From Basidiobolus meristosporus CBS 931.73 (taxonomy: Eukaryota; Fungi; Basidiobolomycota), in contig MCFE01000038.1 in NCBI GenBank assembly GCA_002104905.1, positions 1-64,000 on the forward strand: 64,000 bases of DNA. Reading direction: 5' to 3'. The position numbers and the translations under genes were made by a program. Under the pieces are notes generated by a model. The model did no database searches. It was not told the DNA's origin and saw only the letters and a program-made list of their open reading frames with translations. How positions within the stretch are numbered: position 1 is the stretch's first letter; every line of letters starts with the position of its first letter. This document shows, one piece after another, positions 13,051 through 26,865 of the stretch.

Positions 13051-16000
13051 ATCGCTTATACATTTACTATCACACCCCTACATCTGTAATCTAGTCACCT
13101 ATCAATTGGAATCGCTCGTCACCAGTCGAGTTGAGCTAACACATAAATCAACTAGCAAGTAAAGTCATAATAAATTATTCATTACCTGAAGCATCCAGAT
13201 AGCGGGTCGTAGCAGGTGAGATCCCAAGAAAATACCGACTTACCACAGAACTCCAGCGGTTGAGCATCAGGAAATGATGCTCTACGGGGGGGGCACTTTT
13301 GGCAACGGGCCATATATAGGGGACCTTGTGCCACCAAACCCAGCAACCCTAATTTCTGCCTCAATGTCACAGTTGCATTCTCATCATTTGTGACTAAACG
13401 GTACGGTCCCATGGCCAATTTGTTCCCCCCCAAGTTATCAGTAAATCTCGTATCACCCTCAATTTGATTTGGCGTTTCCGGTGACTGATTTCCGGCAAGT
13501 CGCATAAGCATCCAATTGCTCTGCTCTCCACTACCCGAAGCAAAGCACAGTTGGAGCTTGGATTCATTAGATGGATGTACTATTCTCTGATTACCTGGAA
13601 GCGCAGCATTTGAGTCCGTGACACGAATTTATTAGATCTAGCATGCGTTGTGTTGGGGACCTGAGAGTATTACTATTCGTTGCATCTCCATCGTTGTAAG
13701 GAACCTTAAGATATATGGTACCTATTCCTAGCCGATATCAGCTACACGACGAAGTCACATTACCAATTTATCTGCGGTTGTTAAATCATACTAGAAAATA
13801 TCCATTTCGTTTTCTGACCAAAAAAGTCCTGCATCTTCGCATGGAATATAAATCCCAATTCTCATAGGGTGCAAGCAGTGACCTCTCAGATAAGGTCGTC
13901 ATGACTGTGACACTTGCATGCGTGCCGACTACTGGATATATTGCAAGTAGCACTAGGAGCCTGGAGGTGATTAGGAATTGCACATGTGGTTTCCAGTTGG
14001 TGTATTGGGTTATAACAATGCTTATTTGCATTTGATAGAACCCCATAAAGCTGATGACAAGAATGTGTTGGGTAAGATGCAAATAATGCTGGGACTCTTG
14101 CTGCCATAAATAAATATGGAATTGGTCTTATACAAATTCCTAAATAGTAGTAGTAGTAGTATATAGCTATATATCTGAGCTACCTGCAACAAAAGCACAT
14201 ATCAGTTATGAATAAGCATTATCTGAGGCTTCCACCTACTTTCTTTCGAACAAATAATGATAATTTACTTACTATACTCTTCCCAGGACCTTACACTTGC
14301 GCTTTCATAAATGTACCAGCATCTTTCGTCAAAGGTTCCCATCTTTCTGTTCCAAGATATTTAATCAACAGAAAAAATGCTTCATATTTAATAAAGTTCA
14401 AAGTACTATTTTTTCTGGATTATTGACTACCATACTCTCACGATTGATGACTGACTAACAATAATGTATACTAACTTCACCATTTTCACTTCCTTCAAGA
14501 TCATTCTCAGCTTGTGTTAACAAGAGTGTTTCCCGGAGAGTGAGCAATACCACAGATGACATATACGTTGAAAGCGGCGGTGGGTACCTAGAAGTGATCT
14601 GGAGTGTTTAGAAAAAGCGCGGCTTTTCCTTGTTGATTTATTGGGTTGAAATACAGTGTATATACCTCGAATGAACTTCGTAAAAATAGTGACAAATATA
14701 GTTTCAAAGATCCTATAAAGTTGTGCCCCATGTTTGGGGACCTTTGGCTGTGTTTAATATTCTGGAAACTTCCGGTCATTCCCCAATCTCAAAGAATTCG
14801 TGAATCTCATACAAAGTTGATTCTAAAGCAATAAACCACAATTTCACATAGAAAAGTGTTCGCTGGTAACTAAGATCCAACAAGTAGTGACCTTTTACAG
14901 CATTATCCAGATAGGGGCCTGGTAGTGAGCGTTTTGTACTGCATGATCGTAAGCAAAGAGAAGACTCATGTGGATACCTGTTTGATCGAAATAGGATGTG
15001 TTTAGATGTGGCATTTTTAACGAAATGACTGCCGCTTCTATTGTGGATAAGTGTGGTAACATGTACGCTAAGATTCTGGGCTTCTGTTGATAGAAATGCT
15101 ATCTAATCAATATATTAAAAACAGGTAGTTTGCGAAATTGATTTAGTATTATACTTCATTAGAGTAATAGACCAAATATAAACAATAAGGTGCAATGCAA
15201 ATTATTTGCAACACATACAGTGTACATGATTCTCAGAAGCATTTATATTTTATGTCTATATCTGAGAAGTATACCCAGGTGTGAGAGTGGAGCCATGCAA
15301 CTACACAAAGCGTTATATCTGTAACCAATATATGGTCTATACAAGTATGGGTATTACGTAAACAAGGTTGTGGTACCTTAAGCTTCCATGCAGGCTCTGT
15401 GGTAAGAAAATGAGTGATGAAAGAGTAATTGCCTACGAATTGTCCCGCACCTATATCATAATGGCGGGATTCTCGAATAAACTGGAGCTCCAAATCAACC
15501 TGCAGCTCAGTGCGATGCAAATAAATAGAAGGTCTGTTAGGTATTGAGAGGGCTCTGGCCTTTTTGATATTCATAAGGAGCATCCCATTCACTTCGAACT
15601 TCCCAAAGTACAAAGTGATCAGCAGTCTACACCATCTCTGGGGTATAAGCAATCAGTATTTTAATTGCGCTGTTTTAAACGCTTCACTTGGGCCTCTCCG
15701 GCATGTAAGCTGATGTCAGGATTTGTCTTTGGGATATTGGGCTTCTAAAATGAATTGGCGTGAGGTGTTATGCATGAGACAGAACGTTATGAAAGTCACA
15801 ACTTTGCGATGCAGGGTTGTTTCGAGTCTATCTATTCATGTGCGCTCAAAGTTAGCGAAACTCTAGCCAAAGTGGTTTGTTACAAAGAAGCCTATGTTGT
15901 ACATTGGAATTCATAGCCAGTGAACAGCGAAATTCCAAAGTATCATTCCTATAGCACAATTGATACCATCTTGATTTGGAGCTAGACCAAACTTTGCAGA

Positions 16001-19000
16001 GCTAACCCTTTACCCCGATACAATTAACGCACTAGATAGCTATCGTAGTGGCCGTAGTAGCCATAGATCTACAAATATAATGATCCGATCAATACTGTTC
16101 TACAGTCAACACCAATGTATTACTAAATGCCTGCAAACTTGATAGCATTGATCTGGTAAATATCCCCAACTCATGTAACTCGACCCACTATTTTCGAGAA
16201 ATGGACTCCTGATGCCTTGCCACGAGCCAACGCAGTGCCGTAGTGAAGCTCCACTGTTTCGAAGGTTGACTCTCCGAGCAGAGTGAAGCAAGCCCTGATG
16301 GAGAATGTCGCTTGCTTGCTCAGTAAAACACCGGCTGCTGTGTTATGGAGAAATACACATTAAGCTTAATCTGTCATCATCCACATTGCAGAACCCACTC
16401 TTTTAGGGGCCAAATGAAGTTCTATAGAATCGTGAATATATGACCTAAAAGAGGATTCGACAGGTTGAAATGGTAGCAATCTAACTAAAAGTTCGTGACC
16501 TGATTGAGCGGTATCAGAGACGGAATCGGCAGACCCTTATTGTTCGTTTTCGGAAATATATTTCCTGGTTCCCTTTGTTTCAGAAGGCCGACATCAGAGT
16601 AGGCCAAGGAGTCTATATGATATCCAAAAGATAGGGAGTTGAAGCAATACTGCAACTCGAGACGGGAAATAGGAGCACAACAATGGCGATTCGACCGATT
16701 GCCATCCAAATCGATGGATAAAGCAACCTCAATCTTGAGGAAAAAATACTATAATCTATTACGCGACCCCATTCCAATACCTCAATGTCTGTTGCGGAAA
16801 TGATTAAGGCTATTTACAAGTCAAGAGCACTTTGTTCCAGTTCAAACTGGTTTCTTGTGCTTTTGCATTCACCGATCGCCTGAGAACATGGATGGGTGCT
16901 GAATTAAACACTACTGCTAAATTCATAGCTAGGTTCCAAATGCCTCCAGGTGCAATGTTATTACTAGTTCCATTGGCCACCAACTCTTCTACAGCTAGGT
17001 GAAGTTCTCCCTCAAAAGCAAGGCGTCTATTCCGCTGGGGATCCAGCACACAACGTATGGAATCAAGAGCATCTATATTTGAACGATCAAGATACGTACA
17101 GCGATGAAAGACCGGTAACTCGGTTCAGCTGGCAATACCACCTAAGGAGGGGCTTCTAGAGCTTTGGTGATATTAGACATTACACTCAATTTAATCTTCG
17201 TGTAAATTACCTCTTCACCTGTCATTTCGTACTGCACACATGCATGGATGACTCGGCCTTCAACATATCGGGCCCAGTTACATCAACAAATGGGTTAATT
17301 AATATCAACGTTTGTACTTGATTTTGAACAGCATTGAAGACCCAGCTCACAATATAGCTGTATGAGCAGGAGCGGTATGTGCATTTGGGACCTTTGCGCC
17401 CACCACCACCTAATAGGTCCGCCTCAATGCACACCATTTTACGCGCTGTCCTAAAGAGATTATACGGAGCGTGCTTGAAACATGGTTTAAGAGCTAACTG
17501 GTTTGAACGATTCTGACGGAGTGCATGCATACATCTTGATAGAATCCTCAATCAATGATATATTTTTAATTGATTTTTCAACAACTTGACACTTTACATG
17601 GCTAATAATCACGTTAGTCTCAACAGCTTAGATGAATCTGCTCGCCTATGTACTAGAAACGGTATTGAGCAACTGCATGTGCAATAGTATATGTCAATCT
17701 GAATGCAAACTTGGACCAATTTTCGCTACAGGGGCGACCACAACGTGTATTATAGCCCCTCCAATGTATGCACAATACCATCACCATGTTAGGCATTATG
17801 TAAGATGCTGATAGCTATGCAGAGGCGAATGATCTTACAACACCGAGCGAGGCCTGGCGGTACCTTTTAGGGTGCATATTTCCACTCAAGTTGGCGCCTG
17901 GCACTCATTTCCGCATATCGAGGGTTTGGGGAGATGTGCAGCCAATCGGTGTTGTTTCAAACCGTGCATGAATCGATATACAAACAAGTGGGGGCCTCGA
18001 AACAGATCGAAATGAGAAATCGGGCTTTATATGGAAATGTACATTAGCTGTATATACCACCGATCGATCGTCGGGACACCCAGCTCAAGCCTAGCGAAAT
18101 GATGCCATTTACGAAATGGGTAAAATGTAGGAATTCCTGAGGATTAATTTGGTCCGAGGAACCACCGATCAACCACTTCCACACACCAAGGAGTCAAGCA
18201 CCATCAAATCCTCGCCCAAAAATAGAACTACAAATATATCCTTGCTATTAGCGAGTTGCCACAAAACCCCATTGATTGATCAGCGATCTTTTTGCCAAAA
18301 CCCTACCGCATCTACGCATCAGGCAGCCTCCGACTAGCCATGTTGCGAAGATTGCTGTGGTATTCACCACCATCACCAAACATCAGGTTTTTCTTCTGCT
18401 GGCGTTAGCGTTGGCCATTTGGTAATCACTACGAAATATACACACATCCTTAATTGGAATTCAGTACCACCTGGTCGTCTACAATCTCAATACATTCTCC
18501 TGCATAGCCTCAATAGCCAACAGCAAATGATGGATAAACAGCCTTGGCCAAATCAGAGAATTTTGCTGTCAGGTCTTATCCCTACAACTAGACAAATCAG
18601 GTGCTTCACAACCGTCATGACAGAGTTATGTGATGTTGAGCCAACTTGGGCGATACTGTGAGCGCATACAGGTATTTGGGGATTTTAGATAAAACATCAA
18701 GGGGCTAATGGAATATGCATGCCTTTCGTTCAGGGCATTATTGAATTTCCTATGGCCATGGCAAACTATTCTAAATTACATACATGACTGCTACACAAAA
18801 TCTTCACCAGCGCCATCAGAGCCTATCACCTATGTTTATTCCGCGATGGCATGATGTGTGGTGCAGTAGCTGATGGCTGAGTAGATCTTTACGCGGGTGC
18901 CGTTTTGTCATGCGTAGAAGCTCATGACTTCCTGATTCAGACACCTCTAATGCAACTATGTTTGAAGTATCTGCACCAATCAGGGGCCTCTGTTCTTATT

Positions 19001-19728
19001 AGCTGGAAAGCTTTATTGTGCGATTTTCAGGCTACCACTGGCGAGCCCACTGAGACCAATGCCCCTCAAATGGTGGGTTTCTAATGGTAAATATCGGAAA
19101 GTGCCCACATCTGGTTTCGCTTGGAAACTTTGGTCTGATCCACCAATGCAATATATACCAGAGATTAGAATCGCCCATCATCGATGTATTGCACCAGATG
19201 TACGGAATATCTAATGGATATCAATATAGAATACTGCCGAAAGGCCATTTAAGAGTATGTCATGATGGCCTAAGTCTACAATATCGGGAATATAGCATTG
19301 GAAACAGGGTGTTTAAAAGGGGTTGGAGGCTCATTATGAAAGGCTATTACAATGTTAATGATTACTTAAGCGCAGAGGCATTATAAGAAAATAAATTGGT
19401 GTTACATGAATCGATCTATGGATTCCTGTGCATGTATGGTACTAGCATATTTCGGTAGGTCCAGTGTTCAAAATCGGTATTTAGAGTTACTTTTGTAGTA
19501 TAATAAATGGTCCTCGTTTTGCTGGGGCCTAGCGGCTATTTAAGCCCACCATCCATCACCATTGTTGACTATTATTTTACACCTCTGCTCTTTCCCTTTA
19601 AATTTCCTGATTATCGCCAGCAACTTCTTGATTCGAGGAGTCGCTCTCAAACCAATTCTGTTCCGACCGAATTTCTTAATACACTATCCCATTATACTCT
19701 TTTGGTGCACCTCTCCCAACTTCACTTC

Positions 19729-20675
19729 ATGGATATATTAGAGTTGATTCATTTGGATAATGTTGCCGAGTCTGATAAGCCATTTCGCTGTACCTGGCCC
19801 AACTGTCACAAAGGGTTTTCTCGTCGCTCTGACCTCTCCCGGCATTGCAGAATACATACCAACGACCGACCTTTTGTGTGTCAAGTAACAGGATGTGGGA
19901 AAAGTTTTATTCAGGTAGGTCTACCGGCCAATACTGGGTCCAAATCCCATTCCTAATTACTTATTTTGCTGCATTAGCGCTCCGCCCTGACTGTTCACCA
20001 AAGGACCCACTCGGGTGAGCGACCTCATGCGTGTGAATATGAGGGCTGTAACAAAACCTTCAGTGATAGTAGCTCATTAGCACGCCACCGTCGAATTCAC
20101 ACGGGCAATCGGCCTTACAAGTGTAAATTCGAGGAGTGTGGTAAGAGGTATGTTCAATCTTTCTGGCCATAGTTAACCATGCTGGTACTGAGCATCCTTT
20201 TATGAATAGCTTTTGTCGCAAATCGATACTTACGAAGCACTTAAAGGATGTTCACAGTTCTTTTCGCAAAGCATCACAACGCACAGCCATACCGTCACAG
20301 AATGAATCGAATTTCGAGAGTTCCAGCGCCGGTATTAGTAGTCCCTATTCTAGTACAGACCAAACCCTACCCGCCAGTAGCTCCTCAATAGAGCAAAATC
20401 GAAGCTCCTCTAGTACACCGCAAAGTTTTGACAAGGAACTAGTGGCAAACACGCTACCACATATCTCTTCCATATTTAATTCGGAGGTGCATTTGCCACC
20501 TATATCATCTTCGGTGGCAATGCCGGCCGGAGGCTCTCTATCAGAAGTACCCATATATAATACGTTGCAAGAACAGGAACCAATCAACTCACTCCCCCCT
20601 TTTCAAACTTTTTCTAGTCGTGATCTTCGCGAGAAAGAGTTTTTTCCACTTGTGATACTACCACCCTGTTCATGA
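19729..20675 (+). CDS. C2H2 zinc-finger transcription factor, 4 fingers, 3 exons, Ser/Pro-rich tail
   Basis: Exons 19729-19914, 19978-20147 and 20210-20675. Fingers: [101 protein letters not shown], with TNDRP/SGERP/TGNRP linkers. Confidence 0.95.
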
Positions 20676-22429
20676 CAGTTCCATGATTCAATGAACCCAT
20701 CTCACCAATCCATGTAAATTTCCTAGTACCGTGATAAGTCGAGAGGATTTGTAAGCCTGCAATATCTCTCGTGTATATATGTGCCTTTGATAACTTATAC
20801 AATGGTTTCTTACACAGGACGATATTTATACGGATAATTACTGTACTAGCTAGACCAAGGCCAATAGATTATGCCTCATTCTTCCCAATTTTCTACATGT
20901 GTTTCTTGGTACATTCGCACAATAAACTGATTCCAAGAACATCCTGGCTAGCCTTTTGCAGGTGCACCTATCTATCACATCAAGACCATCTGGTGATGAT
21001 CAGGCCTATTGTTCAATGGTACTGAAGGCTAAGCGAGCACTGAGAATGGGAATTACCTTGTTGCAATTGCCAAGACCGAACCAATATGGGATTGATTACA
21101 TGGCATATTGCTGCCCAGAAGCCTTGCGATCTCGTTGGTGCATATATTGGAATTTCTCTGATTGTGACACTCGTTGAATGACAGGGCAGGCAATCCCGAA
21201 TGACAGAAATGTCAAGATTGGCAGCAACTGATATGATCTGTAATGGGAAGTACAGCCCATGCTGGGTTGATCAAATGACTTATCAGTTGGGGCTGTGGTT
21301 TGTGGATAAGCCAAACACGATTCCCAAACTCGGGTATATGGCGGTCTGTCCAATACCTTGAAGCAGCACTTCGTTTGTGAGATACCATGCACGCCTACAT
21401 GAATGTTTAGTAAATATCGAATGTGAGTAGAGTTCCCAACCACCAGACCAGCCCACCAAAAGTCCCATAAGGCCATATATGAATCGGTGTTTAAATCGCA
21501 TGTGCCCGCAAGAGACCTGAGCCCAAAAGCATACTGGGATGCAGGAATCCACCAAGCAACATGACTCTCACAAGCCAATAGGAGGGTGGGTAGCTATGGA
21601 AAAGCAATTATGCCAGTTGGCTACCTAGGCATGTGCGGATCGGAAAAACCTCGCAGAGATCAGAATTTGAGGGATCCGGGTGGGACTCACCACTCTAATC
21701 ACTCACGATGTTACGGCCAGCCTATGATGATGCGCCGTATCTCGATTAATACCATTCGCCAGTCAGAATGGCCCAAGCTCCATGATGGCTCAAATAGGTT
21801 AAAGTTTCGCTCAACATGGTCCGAATAGTGTGGATCGCATGCAAATATGAGCCATTCCATGCAATACTTTATTTCATCCCCAAGCCAAATTTGGAGGCCT
21901 CAATCAAAACCTGGATTCGGGGGCCTTCATTGATCCTATTATGGGTCAATGGCAGTTTTCCCAGAGCTTATATTACTTACGACGCCAAACAGCAGCACGA
22001 TCCTTTCTACCAATAAAACTCGAATTTTCCGAGGTTCGAGCGATTTGATAACGCATCAGTGATGGAATCAAATTTCTCGTTCAATCAGGCTGTAGTTGAC
22101 ATATTCCTGAATAAACGACTCGTATTTATCCGGAATTAATTGAATTCATTCTCACTGATTAGCCCACCATATAGATGTACGAAACGTGGTGACCAGGGTA
22201 AAAAATTGAAGCTGTATGGGTTCATGGGTCAGAGCCCGCCAAGCGTCCCCCCAGAAATTTCTACTGTTTTAACGAAGCAATTTGTGCAATGAGATCTTTG
22301 AAAGTCACAATTCACTGCAGGTTTATTTGCTGCCTATCCACTATTCCCTGCAGTAACGCATTTTATTCATTTTACACATCATTGTGTATGATATGAGTTA
22401 TCCATTATGTAAGGCAGCAGATCACTTAA

Positions 22430-22924
22430 GGATTAGCTGTGAATAATTTAGTGTTTACGTGTTGTGCACACACAAAATAAAACATGCAGTACCTTAATAC
22501 TTCCCAGTGTTTCTGTGCGAATGTGAGCAAATGGTCTGCCCATTCCACCAACATGCAGTAGTATTAGTCGATAGAATGGCTTTCATAGCGTAAGGGTGGT
22601 GCTCAGCCGCTTCCTAGCCAATAAATGAAAATCGGGTTTCCTCCTTAATGGTGTCTGATCCTCGTCAGTTGATTAGATTGAAACATCCTCAGGGTCTAAT
22701 CTCGACCTGCGACATGATTGGCCGATCACACCTTCACACTTCGCCTCATGAAAAGTTTGGCAAGAAAGCAGTGTTGATACTGAGATACACCTCCGTGTTG
22801 GGCCGCAAGGTAGTTGTGCTGAGGTGAATGGAGTAGGTGTACACTTGGATTCCCACATTTGCACCCGAAAACCTGTGGGCGAGATGCACAGTGGATGTGA
22901 TTTAAGCACTGCATTCATTTTACA
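22430..22924. repeat. 495-bp direct repeat, copy 1
   Basis: Aligns without gaps to 25977-26471 (GGATTAG...TACA). About 22 mismatches by hand, ~96% identity. Confidence 0.97.
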
Positions 22925-24163
22925 TAGCCCATTAATGAACAGTATTCAACTACACTGCTTACTATTCAGAAAGGAAGAGTCTGATTTTGTATGGCTTAGA
23001 CTTGGCATTGGTAAGTATGACATAATACTCGACCATGGTCAAATATGTTTTGATTAAAATCCCTGTTTGTCTAGTGGTCGTGGATGTTTCATATTGATAT
23101 AGGATGAAATCCATATCCAGTTAGTTGCTGTGCGGTAAATTAATAATAAAAACAAACTATCGTTTTGCTAGAGATACTATGGTACAAATCTCGAGGAAGT
23201 ATCAAGCGTTTCGGAGTCAAAGTATTACTTCATACGCTTGGTATTAGTTGGAAAATACCAGCCTTCGTTTCAGAAATTCTCATAAATATCCTTCAATAAG
23301 AGCGCTGATCTATAAATGGTTGTGACTCTTTCCAAACCTGTAAACATGTGGGGTCTCAATCTCGCTGAGAATAAATATGATGTAGGGCCTCGGGACTTCC
23401 TTAGTTCAAAACGATTTCTTGATGAGCTGTGCTGATCAAGAACAGGATGCCCATTAGATTCAGGATTTCGTGGGAGGAACGCTTTCTTGACAAGCGACCT
23501 CCAATAAAATTTCAGCAACACGGTTTGTATTGTAGCTAAACAATACGAATGGCGTAGTTCAATGTTAATAATTATGGTTACCTCAAGATAACACAACTAG
23601 GCGATACCAGAAATTGGTAATGGAGCCAGCATTTCTTGGTTTTCTATGTGTTATTCAAGCTTGCCCTTTCTATGCAAAGGCATGGTAAATTCAACGATTT
23701 TCAGACACAGGCTGGTCATCAGTGGTACAAACAGATTAATGCATTGGGTATTTGGAGAGAATGGTTGAGTAAGCCAAGGCGAATATGTTATGATATGTGG
23801 TCTTTTTGTTACAGCCAACCACATTCTGTGGCGACGAGTACAAATTACTTAACCATAACACCACAGTTACGAAGGTATACCGACATTTGTGTAGCAAAAT
23901 TCGTTTTAACAGATATGAACAGGAAATGGGCAACGGAGTTACAGAGCTCTGATTCGATGTTTGTGGTTGTCATTGGGTTCCACATACCCATATGAATTGT
24001 TTGGCCAAAATCCCGAGAATTCGAGATTATGATCGTAAAAGGTTGTACGAAAATGTTACCATGGTCAGGACCGCTAGTGGAATAGATTGAATATTAAATT
24101 GTTTACATAATGAGTGCAAAAGATAATTTCGGATAGAGCGAGAAACTCCTTATAAATGCTGCG

Positions 24164-25250
24164 ATGGACAGAAACGAAAACCTCAAACAGTATCTTCTGG
24201 CTGGTTTCGTTGGGTTTGCAAGTCTTCACCATAGTTTTCTTGATATGTGCGCCAAACATTCTATTTCACCGATATGTCCCCTTTCCACAGAGGCCTCTAA
24301 TGCCTATGAGCTATCGATGGCGCCGCCACCAAAACTTCGAAAAACACAGAGTATGTGTTTGACCCGTGATGAGTTCCTTTACAGCCAAACAAGCAAAAGG
24401 TCTGTTTTAGAATCCTCAGGTCAGCGCCATACTTTACCATGTTTTGATAGTAAAGAAGATATCCTCAAAAGAATATCGGCGAAAACTGTAGGTATTTTTC
24501 ACCAACCCTTGAGATTGAACAGCCCATTAATCTCTGCAAACCAAAGTTAGATAATCTCCTCACGGGGAAATACGTGGATTTATATGATAAGGTTATCATC
24601 ATTGACTGCCGATTTTCATACGAATATGATGGCGGACATATCCAGGGTGCCGTAAACCTTAATACAAAGTCCGAGTTGGAAAATTACTTTTTCGGCAGCT
24701 CTCTTACTTCCGATCGTACGGTTGTCGTTTTTCATTGCGAGTACTCCGCACAAAGGGGGCCAAGGATGTAAGACTGCTATACTAGTGAATCATTAGGGGT
24801 ACCATAGGCTTACGGTTTTATCACAGGGCTCTTTACCTACGGAGTAGGGACCGCGAAGTTAACCTGGCCAACTATCCAAATCTTACTTTCCCCGAGCTGT
24901 ACGTGCTAGATGGAGGATATCGGAACTTCTACAATATGCACAAAACCTTTTGCGAGCCGCAAGACTATGTAGCCATGAATGATGATCAATTCAATGCCGA
25001 ATGCAAAAAAAGGATGAGGCAGTTTGAGTCTAGCTTCCTGATGAAAAGACATCGTTCTCGCTCAGTCAGTTGGCCACGGGACTCGGCATCGGTCAAAGCG
25101 GCACTCATCGACAGAAGGCCACTATCCCTTCGTCATCCTCAACCTTTACCTGAAAATGGCTTACCTAGAGGAAGCCTCCTTAGCCGACTCAGAGCTCGCT
25201 CCGACTCCGAGCCGGTAAGACCCTTATTCCCAAATTTCAAACCTCAATGA
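24164..25250 (+). CDS. cdc25: Cdc25/MIH1-family M-phase inducer phosphatase, 3 exons
   Basis: Exons 24164-24487, 24547-24767 and 24827-25250. Motifs: DILKRISAKT|LDNLL, IIDCRFSYEYDGGHIQGAVN, catalytic FHCEYSAQRGPRM (Cx5R), RDREVN..YP.L.FPELYVLDGGY..F. Confidence 0.95.
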
Positions 25251-25976
25251 TTTGGTTCTATTTCGCAATGATGTAATATATCTTTAATTTGTTCGTTTAT
25301 TGTTCATTCTTCGACCAACCGTTATTTTGAGTATCTAGTTCCTGTGTATATAATTGGCCAATAAATATTAGAGACAACCTCTTACAATCAGAAGTCTACC
25401 GGCGGCGGAGTGGCTTCACGCTTACCTCGCATCGACATAGGTTCCGCTTCTGTATCTATTCAGAGTATGCCTCGATCCAGCCCTTGCTGGGTTTATCACC
25501 CACGTTCCGTCCATCACTTGTAAATATTGGCCAACAATGTCTTAATACCAATTCGATTTATCATTATCATGCCAGATAATCTCCGAGAGAAAATTCTTTT
25601 TTTAGCACATTCCACATATAGCAATCGTTTGGTATGAACAAACACTCCCGTTTTCCCATAGCATTCATCACGCTTTCTATCTAGAGATGGGATTTTCTTC
25701 TACAGGAATGAGCTTAGCACGAAATTTAATTTAACCAGCCCTGGCACTGGGTTGTATTGGTAAATGAATTGATTTTCATATTATATCCTTTAAGATTGAC
25801 TATTCAGTTTCCGGGGCGCTACAGATGGCTGTCAAGAATCACCAAACTCGACAATGGACTTGAATCACCCACACTACTAGATCATGATCTTGACTAAGAA
25901 GATGAAGTGCTTCCTTGTGTCTTGTCAGATTAACTGATATACAAGATGGCGTGAAACAACGCTAAGGGTAGCTCTG

Positions 25977-26471
25977 GGATTAGTTGCGGATAATTTAGTG
26001 TTTACGTGTTGTGCACACACAAAATAAAATATGCAGTACCTTAATACTTCCCAGCGTTTCTGTGCGAATGTGAGCAAATGGTCTGCCCATTCCATCAACA
26101 TGCAGTAGTATTAGTCGATAGAATGGCTTTCATAGCGTAAGGGTGGTGCTCAGCCGCTTCCTAGCCAATAAATGAAAATCGGGTTTCCTCCTTAATGGTG
26201 TCTGATCCTCGTCAGTTGATTAGATTGAAACATCCTCAGGGTCTAATCTCAGCCTGCGACATGATTGGCCGATCACACCTTCACACTTCGCCTCATGAAA
26301 AATTTGGCAAGAAAGCAGCGTTGATGCTGAGATACACCTCTGTGTTGGGCCGCAAGGTAGTTGTGCTGAGGTGAATGGAGTAGGTGTACACTTGGATTCC
26401 CACATTTGCACCCAAAAACCTGTAGGCGAGATGCACAGCAATTGTGATTTAAACACTCCATTCATGCTACA
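25977..26471. repeat. 495-bp direct repeat, copy 2; abuts the CpG-depleted island
   Basis: Same length and orientation as 22430-22924. Confidence 0.97.
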
Positions 26472-26865
26472 CATTATGGATATTTTGGGATAATAAAGCT
26501 TGAAGTTTGCAAATTTGGGAGCACATAGTAAGTGCTATTACTGAAATTCCGGATATTGACACTACTAAGCCACAAAACCTTACTATTCTTAATCCAATAT
26601 GCTCAACTATATAAATCCTGTGACTTATATAGAAATTAATAAACTAGATGTGGTTGGAATATTCAGAGGTGTGCAATTTGCTTATACACAGGATTCACAG
26701 CTAGCTTTAGGTCTGGTTTTTCACGGCTTTTTAAGCTGTGAATATGGATCCATGTTTGATTTCCACCTTATGTACACCAGTAATGCATGAGACTGGTGAG
26801 AAAGCCAACTTTTATAACTTTTAGGTGACATCTAAGAGTATTGTAACCAAAATGCTTATCACTTT

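Noticed and set aside
14146-14161. (TAG)5 microsatellite
   Set aside because: Too short to be informative.
16106-17551. Chain of minus-strand ORFs as a LINE RT (LAYSDV) or alpha/beta hydrolase (LINPFVD) pseudogene
   Set aside because: Only single weak motifs, no consistent frame or splice model, and the order relative to the EEP-like fragment is wrong for a LINE.
22430-26471. An LTR retrotransposon that captured cdc25
   Set aside because: There is no paired TG...CA end, PBS, PPT, TSD or pol remnant, and cdc25 keeps its introns.
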